DNA from: Verrucomicrobiota bacterium
Lineage (GTDB): Bacteria > Verrucomicrobiota > Verrucomicrobiia > Verrucomicrobiales > DEV007
Reading direction: 5' to 3'
Length of the DNA: 34,757 nucleotides
NCBI GenBank assembly: GCA_045046875.1
Contig: JASFYY010000041.1
Coordinates: 1 to 34,757 of the forward strand
Shown here: in pieces, positions 29,065 to 34,757 of the stretch
Numbering within the stretch: the first letter of the stretch is position 1
Layout of the letters: each line of letters opens with the position of its first letter
Notes under the pieces: generated by a model
What the model saw: the letters and a program-made list of their open reading frames with translations, nothing else
What the model was told of the DNA's origin: nothing
Databases searched by the model: none
Translations under genes and position numbers: made by a program

Positions 29065-30672
29065 TTAATGATTCTGACCGGGCCATAACGAAGTGGGGCT
29101 GCCGGCATCGATCATTTTTTGAAGTTCGCTTTCGCTCAAGGCACGTTGCCACAGGATGACTTCATCCATGCGACCGCGTAGGCTGCGGACGGGGTTTTCC
29201 CATTCGGGGTGAGGTTTCCAATCACCGAGGCGGCAGGAGCCGGGGGTGATGAGGGCGTCTTTTTCCAGGTAAGCGGTGGAGGAGAGTTTGCCGTTGACGT
29301 AGGTGTGGACTTTTTTGTTTGAGCCTTCGCCGACGACGGCGAGGTGAACCCAGTGTTGCAGTGGCAAGGGGCTGGGGAAGTGGTCGCGTTTGCTACCGCC
29401 GTTGTAACCAAAGGTGAAATTCCGACGACTGCGGGAGATTTGAAAATGGGTGTCGCCGGGCTCCCATTGGTCGGAATCGAGGATGGTGGAGAGCTCGTGA
29501 TCCAAGCGATTGACTTTGACCCACACGGCTAAGGTGAAAGCGCTGAGAGGTTCTGGAATGTTAAGCAAAACCGCGTCGTGGTCGCGTTCGAAAAGCAGAG
29601 CATCCTTGTCCGGCCAGCGGCCGCTGACCCAGATGGGGCCCTGAATGATACCGTCTTCGACCGGACTGTTGTTTGCTTGGTTTTTCAGAATAGAGCTGTT
29701 GGCTTGACGGGTGAAGTCATAATAGAACAATAAGGAGGGATCTTTTTGCACGGCTAAGCTCCAGTTTTTCCAGCGTTGATAGCCGATCGACTGGGGGGTG
29801 GGGAAGGCATCGGCCTTGAGGCGGGCACCACTGGCGACCTGACCGTTTTCCATGGTGTAGGACTGGCCCAGGCTGGCGGCTTGCAACAGGGTTTGATTGT
29901 CGCTGCTTTTGATGTCAACCCGCCCTTCAAAAACATGCAGTTCGCTGGTGCCTGTTTTAGAATCGACGGAAACTCCGAACTCAGTGCCGAGGTCTTCAAA
30001 ATCTATCTGCGGAGCACCGATAGTGAAGCCGATTCCACTGTCGGGAACGATGGCGCGCATGCTGCCGTGATGCAGGGAGATATGAAAAGGGTCGATGATT
30101 TCGAAATCGACGGGGGCGCGGTAGATCAAATCCACTCCGTTGACAAAACGCATGTGGGCAGCTCCGCTTTGCAGTTGGTAACGGCCGGGTTTGAACTGAA
30201 CCACATCGGGGCTGTGTTGCGGGCTGAAGTCAGCGGAGGCTTCGCTGACCAGCAGAGCGGCGATGTTGCTTGCGGTTTTTTGTTGGGAGACAGGGTTGGT
30301 ATCAGTTGTGGTTTGGGTGACGGTGACTGGTGCGGGCTTGTCGGAATTTTGTTTAAAGACGGGTCCAATGATACCTGTCAAGGTTAAGGCAGCGACCACA
30401 CTGGCCGCGGCGGCTACGATCCACGCCGGCTGCAGCGGCCAGCTTCGGCTGCTGCTATTTTGTTTGGCGGGATCAAAGGCCAGCTGATCCATGGTCGCAG
30501 ACATTTTTTCGGCTTGAGCCCAATCGCTCAGAATGGCTTCTTCGTTGGCCAGGCTGATAAGTTGTTCGCACAAGTCGGGTTCTGATTTCAGCCGTTGTTG
30601 TAATTGGTGTTCATCTTGCGGGGACATATCGCCCTGCAAGTATTCCATCAGCAGTTCGTTGTTTTTTTTCAT
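29065..30672 (-). CDS. FecR-like anti-sigma factor with C-terminal LamG domain
   Basis: N-terminal anti-sigma helices, single TM, DLGTEFGV..LHVFEGRV (FecR), GRWPDK.AL.F, FTLAVWVK, WVHLAVV..YVNG, G.MDEV.LW.RALS (LamG). Confidence 0.88.
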   Translation of the reverse strand: MKKNNELLMEYLQGDMSPQDEHQLQQRLKSEPDLCEQLISLANEEAILSDWAQAEKMSATMDQLAFDPAKQNSSSRSWPLQPAWIVAAAASVVAALTLTGIIGPVFKQNSDKPAPVTVTQTTTDTNPVSQQKTASNIAALLVSEASADFSPQHSPDVVQFKPGRYQLQSGAAHMRFVNGVDLIYRAPVDFEIIDPFHISLHHGSMRAIVPDSGIGFTIGAPQIDFEDLGTEFGVSVDSKTGTSELHVFEGRVDIKSSDNQTLLQAASLGQSYTMENGQVASGARLKADAFPTPQSIGYQRWKNWSLAVQKDPSLLFYYDFTRQANSSILKNQANNSPVEDGIIQGPIWVSGRWPDKDALLFERDHDAVLLNIPEPLSAFTLAVWVKVNRLDHELSTILDSDQWEPGDTHFQISRSRRNFTFGYNGGSKRDHFPSPLPLQHWVHLAVVGEGSNKKVHTYVNGKLSSTAYLEKDALITPGSCRLGDWKPHPEWENPVRSLRGRMDEVILWQRALSESELQKMIDAGSPTSLWPGQNH

Positions 30673-31256
30673 AGACCGCCTTCCTGTGAAAGTTTGTTAT
30701 CAACGCAATCGCGCAGCACCAGGCGGATGCGTTTTAATAAAGCGTAAGTGCCTTGCACGCTGCGACCGAATTGCCGGGCAATGGATTCGACCGGTGGAGT
30801 GGGTTTGTCGTAGCGCATGGCGATCATACGACGGCTCTCGGTGGGTAATTGCTCCAGGCAGGTGTGCAGCAGATGGCGTTGGGATTGCTTGCGCTGTTGT
30901 TCTTGTTGATCGATGCGCTCTGCGGCTTGTGAGAGTTGGTCGAGCAGGTCGTCGTCGATCAGTAATAGTTGTTTGTGTTGGCGGACGTGGGAGAGGATGC
31001 GGCGGCGGGCGATTTCGCGTGCCCAGGGAAGGAAGCCGTTTTCATCGCGCAGTTGGGAAAAGGAGGTGGCGATGGCGAGCGAGCTTTCCTGAAAGATGTC
31101 GTCGGTATCCGCGTGGTTGCGGACGGCGGCGAGGATGTAGGCCATCAGGGCTGAGCGGTGTTCTAACAGCAGACGGGTGATGGTCGGGGCATCACTGGTC
31201 GCGCCGTTGCTTGGCAGCTTGGAGGGCTCGGATTTGGCTGGATTTTTTTCAGACAT
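30669..31256 (-). CDS. ECF sigma-70 factor (Rhodopirellula/Verrucomicrobium type)
   Basis: L.AYI.A.VRN..D.DDIFQE, FLPWAREIAR, CLEQLP..SR.MI.MRY, LKRIRL.LRDCV. ATGA overlap with the anti-sigma gene. Confidence 0.92.
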   Translation of the reverse strand: MSEKNPAKSEPSKLPSNGATSDAPTITRLLLEHRSALMAYILAAVRNHADTDDIFQESSLAIATSFSQLRDENGFLPWAREIARRRILSHVRQHKQLLLIDDDLLDQLSQAAERIDQQEQQRKQSQRHLLHTCLEQLPTESRRMIAMRYDKPTPPVESIARQFGRSVQGTYALLKRIRLVLRDCVDNKLSQEGGL

Positions 31257-31756
31257 CAACAGACTAGGTATAAGTAAAGGCGGCTTTTCATTGTATTAGG
31301 CAAAAAAAATGAAGTTTTGTTGAGTTTTTTTTCAGAGGGGAGCCACGGGAGGGGGTAAGACAAAATAGTTAAGCTGCTGATCGCTATGCGTTTCGCCCTT
31401 GCAGGACTGGAAGAATTGGATTTTTTACCCAGCGCTTCGCACTGGGCTATCACATTGAGCACCGTTGGTGCAAAAGAGATGAAAGCAAACTGTCCTAGTG
31501 CCAATTTATTTGTTCACTGTAGTTTTTTGCGCATTAGCGTTTGTCATTTTCGGATTAATTTCGACCTAGTTAATATGTAGGATATTGATGATGCTGAAGT
31601 GCCAGTTGAGGGGGGCCGTGTGATTGTTTTTTCAGTGTAAGAGCCGCGCGGACAGATTTGGAAATCTATCCTACGGGGGAGGGCGGATTTTTTTGCCTTG
31701 GATATTGATTTAAAGCGGCTTGCTTTTGGAACTTGATTTCGCGACACTTTGCCTTG

Positions 31757-33601
31757 ATGGGAAAATCCAAAGATAACGATGCTGGAACGCCGCGCTGGAT
31801 GCGGGATTTGCGCCGCTTTTTGCCTTTGCGCAGTCAATTTGTGCTGTGGGGCAATGTGCGGGATCGTTTTGCCTGGCATCAGGGGGAGCATGTGCTGCCA
31901 TTAGGGCTGGCGGAATATCTGGCGGCTCATCTGGCGCAGAACGGGGTGCCGCATTTTTTATCTTTTACGATTGCCGAGGGTTTGAGGATTGTGCCGCGGC
32001 TGGGAATGGAGCTGGACAAGGAAAAAGAATTTTACGCTGAGCGTTTTGGCCTGAAGTGGAGTGAAGATGAGGATGTGCTGCCGATGTCGAATGATGCTTT
32101 TTTTACTCTGATGGGAAGGCTGTCCCAGAATGACGAGGAACCGGTCGGGCTGGCGGTGGACATGGCGTCACGATTGATCGTGAGGGACGAGGCGATCAGT
32201 GACTGTGAACATGGGCTGTTCACCAAGGCGTTGTTGTTTTCCCAAAGAGCGCGTCCATTGGCGGCGTTTGGCGAAGAGGAATCACCGAGTCCGCGTTTTA
32301 ATGCGGTTTTCTGGTTGTTGGATCGCGAGGGGGATTTGCCTGACTGGCTGGTGCTGGAAAATCCGCGGTTGCGTTCCATTCCGATTCCGGTGCCTGATTC
32401 CGGATTGCGTAAGGTTTTTATCAAGGCGTTGTGCCGTGAGGGGAGGGTGAGCGATGAGACGGTGGATGATTTTGTTGATCAGACGGAGGGAATGCGACTG
32501 GCGGATTTGTTGGGCATTGTGCAACTTTGTCGGGCGGAGGGGCTGGATTTCAGCGAATTGCCGGAAGGCGCGCGACGCTACAAACTGGGGGTGACGGAAG
32601 ATCCTTGGAAAAAGATCGATCATGACAAGATAGCCAAGGCGGACGAGTTTGTGCGCAAGCGGGTGATGGGACAGGATCGAGCGGTAACAGCGATGCTGGA
32701 TATTGTGAAACGTGCGGTGATGGGTTTTTCCGGGAGCGGCAAACGATCCGGTCGCCCGCGCGGAGTGGCTTTTTTGGCGGGGCCGACCGGGGTGGGTAAA
32801 ACGGAACTGGCGAAGACGGTGACGGAGTTGTTGTTCGGAGATGAGAGGGCATATATCCGTTTTGATATGAGCGAGTTCTCTGCCGAACATTCGGATCAGC
32901 GTTTGATCGGAGCGCCTCCGGGTTATGTGGGTTATGACTCAGGGGGTGAACTGACCAATGCGATTCGCGAACGTCCCTTTAGTCTGGTATTGTTCGACGA
33001 GATCGAAAAGGCCCATCCGAAGATCCTGGATAAGTTTTTGCAGATATTGGATGACGGGGTGCTGACTTCCGGTCGTGGGGAGCGGGTGTATTTTTCCGAG
33101 GCGGTGATTGTATTCACTTCCAATCTGGGGATTTATCAAATGGAGCCGGATGGCACTCGCAGACTGAGTGTGACCAGTGATGACGATTATGAAACCGTGG
33201 AGAGTCGGGTCAAGACAGGGATTGAGAACTTTTTCAAACTGGAGCTGGGGCGTCCGGAGATTTTGAATCGACTGGGGGAGAATATTCTGGTCTTTGATTT
33301 TATTCGACCGCAGGTGGGCGAGGCAATTTTTGGTTTTATGTTGAAGAAGATCCTTGCTGATCTGGAGAGCGCGACGGGGATTGCGATTGAGATGAGTGAG
33401 TTGGCTAGGAAGACTCTGCTGGGTATTTGTTTGGCGGATTTGTCCAATGGAGGCCGGGGGATACGGAATCAGTTGGAGGCACGGTTGGTGAATCCTTTGG
33501 CGCGGGCTTTGTTTGATGGAAACTTTACCAGTGGGGATCGGGCGCAAGTCTGGTCAGTGGCGGTGGCACCTGACTTGCCTTTGGTTGAACTGATGAAATG
33601 A
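31757..33601 (+). CDS. ClpB/ClpA-like AAA+ ATPase with one intact (D2-type) module and a degenerate N-terminal module
   Basis: V.GQD.AV, GPTGVGKTELAK, RFDMSEF, LIGAPPGYVGY, LFDEIEKAHP, FTSNLG, RPEILNR, GGR. The N-terminal ~280 aa have no Walker A. Start ATG 31757. Confidence 0.88.
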   Translation: MGKSKDNDAGTPRWMRDLRRFLPLRSQFVLWGNVRDRFAWHQGEHVLPLGLAEYLAAHLAQNGVPHFLSFTIAEGLRIVPRLGMELDKEKEFYAERFGLKWSEDEDVLPMSNDAFFTLMGRLSQNDEEPVGLAVDMASRLIVRDEAISDCEHGLFTKALLFSQRARPLAAFGEEESPSPRFNAVFWLLDREGDLPDWLVLENPRLRSIPIPVPDSGLRKVFIKALCREGRVSDETVDDFVDQTEGMRLADLLGIVQLCRAEGLDFSELPEGARRYKLGVTEDPWKKIDHDKIAKADEFVRKRVMGQDRAVTAMLDIVKRAVMGFSGSGKRSGRPRGVAFLAGPTGVGKTELAKTVTELLFGDERAYIRFDMSEFSAEHSDQRLIGAPPGYVGYDSGGELTNAIRERPFSLVLFDEIEKAHPKILDKFLQILDDGVLTSGRGERVYFSEAVIVFTSNLGIYQMEPDGTRRLSVTSDDDYETVESRVKTGIENFFKLELGRPEILNRLGENILVFDFIRPQVGEAIFGFMLKKILADLESATGIAIEMSELARKTLLGICLADLSNGGRGIRNQLEARLVNPLARALFDGNFTSGDRAQVWSVAVAPDLPLVELMK

Positions 33602-34242
33602 GCGCCGTGAGTTTGAAGCTGAACAAGATGCATTTTCCGGTCACCACTCTGGGGCCGGGCAAGCGGATCGGGCTGTGGTTCAATGGTTGCTCGATCCAGT
33701 GCGAGGGCTGCATCAGTCGCGATACCTGGGAGTTTTCCGAGTCGAGTCGGGTTGAGCTGTCTGCGGTGATTGAAGTATTGGAAACCTGGTTGCCGCAAGC
33801 GCAGGGTTTGACGATTTCGGGTGGCGAGCCCTTTGATCAGGCCGGAGCTTTAGATGAATTACTATCCTGGTTCGAAAGGCGACGGGGAGAGCGGGAGGTG
33901 CTGGTGTATTCGGGATATGAGTTTTCGGTTTTGAGTCGACGTCACGGGGCGTTGTTGGGAAAAATCGATGCACTGGTGAGTGGGCCTTATGATGTCAATA
34001 GTGGTCAATCGAAGAGTTGGTGGGGATCGGATAATCAGCAATTGCATTTGCTGAGTGAGCGGGCGCGTATTCGATATGCCGAGCTGGAGGAAGCTGAGGG
34101 GCCGCAGCGGAAACTGGATGTGTTTGAGCAGGATGGGCAGTGGTGGTTTGCAGGGATTCCCCGCTCGGAGGATTGGCTGAAGATGCACGGTATGCTGGAA
34201 CAAAAAGGGGTGAGTGGAAAATTTTCTCATGCTGAGTGCTAA
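33598..34242 (+). CDS. Radical SAM protein, NrdG/PflA activase-like
   Basis: GPGKR..LWFNGCSIQCEGC (CxxxCxxC), GLTISGGEPFDQ, YSGY, ID.LV.GPY, GSDNQ. ATGA overlap with the ATPase. Confidence 0.88.
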   Translation: MSAVSLKLNKMHFPVTTLGPGKRIGLWFNGCSIQCEGCISRDTWEFSESSRVELSAVIEVLETWLPQAQGLTISGGEPFDQAGALDELLSWFERRRGEREVLVYSGYEFSVLSRRHGALLGKIDALVSGPYDVNSGQSKSWWGSDNQQLHLLSERARIRYAELEEAEGPQRKLDVFEQDGQWWFAGIPRSEDWLKMHGMLEQKGVSGKFSHAEC

Positions 34243-34757
34243 GCAAAATACTGGTAGCAAAGTTTGTGGGGTCTGTGGATTTGAGAATTCCGTGGTCGCG
34301 TTTTTGTGCCAACAATGCACCAATGATCTGACTTTTACGACGGTTAAGTTTCCTTCGCAGGTGTCGAGATCTTCAGCGGCAGCAGAGGTGAAAGAAGTGC
34401 CGAGGCGCCAGTGCGAAAACGGACATGAGCTGAGGCAGGGGGATTTGCTGTGTTTGGATTGTGGGGCAGCGGCGGTAGTGGAGAAAGAGGGTTCGCCATC
34501 GCAGGGGGGAGATTCTGAGCGGGTATTTACTTGTGGAGAATTGAGGGTGGAGTTGCCGGAGCAGGCGGTGGAGCATGAATTTTTCACTGTCGAAATTGGG
34601 AATCAGCGGGTTAGGGTTTTCCCTCAAGGGTTAGAGCCGGACGCCACTCTGCAGGATCGATTGATGCAGGTGCAGTCAGAGTTTGTCGCGACACTGCGAT
34701 CGCGGGGACGGGTGGAGGAAGATCGCAGTCGGTATTTTGAAGTGTGGGAAAACTCAC
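34229..34757 (+). CDS. Double zinc-ribbon protein, probably followed by a Ser/Thr kinase-like domain (runs off right edge)
   Basis: Not in the ORF track. Open from ATG 34229 to the window end: CGVCG..N.....LCQQC, CENGH.......LCLDCG, then VRVFPQGLEPD...FVATLRSRG...YFEVWE, which resembles a kinase N-lobe. Overlaps the rSAM stop by 14 nt. Confidence 0.7.
   Translation, partial: MLSAKQNTGSKVCGVCGFENSVVAFLCQQCTNDLTFTTVKFPSQVSRSSAAAEVKEVPRRQCENGHELRQGDLLCLDCGAAAVVEKEGSPSQGGDSERVFTCGELRVELPEQAVEHEFFTVEIGNQRVRVFPQGLEPDATLQDRLMQVQSEFVATLRSRGRVEEDRSRYFEVWENS

Noticed and set aside
19783..30387. Many long + strand ORFs opposite the minus-strand genes
   Set aside because: Antisense shadows with no motifs; the minus-strand genes have clear family signatures.
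31256..31750. Short ORFs or a specific ECF promoter in the divergent spacer
   Set aside because: The ORFs lack coding character, and I could not identify a convincing -35/-10 pair.
31757..34242. Housekeeping clpB, T6SS clpV or nrdG
   Set aside because: The ATPase is too short and lacks D1 Walker A and the N- and M-domains. No T6SS genes or nrdD are in the window.

Overview
Chromosomal window from a bacterium that is probably in the PVC group, most likely Verrucomicrobiota. This is inferred from the DUF1501/PSD1-cytochrome/ECF module, the tandem pseudokinase and the repeat types. Left to right it holds: a partial Gfo/Idh/MocA oxidoreductase; an NRAMP-fold transporter lacking the metal-binding motif; a TIGR04283-like GT2; and a patchwork accessory block (~3.1-11.2 kb, mostly AT-richer, with a recurring hairpin repeat upstream of three genes and one frameshifted, truncated gene). 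It continues with a tandem pseudokinase divergent from an exported protein-creD-creB-creC cluster that has a cre-tag upstream; a Tat-exported DMFase-beta-like protein; a xylonate dehydratase plus XylX-like gene pair; and an ECF sigma-FecR/LamG-PSD1 cytochrome-DUF1501 module. At the right edge is the best candidate for an uncharacterised system: a tightly coupled operon of a non-canonical ClpB-like ATPase, an NrdG-like radical SAM enzyme and a double-zinc-ribbon/probable kinase gene that runs off the window. Many intergenic spacers carry short repeat families (9-10 bp triplets, heptamers, REP-like hairpins). I saw no rRNA, tRNA, CRISPR array, integrase or transposase. All family calls come from reading motifs by eye, not from database searches.
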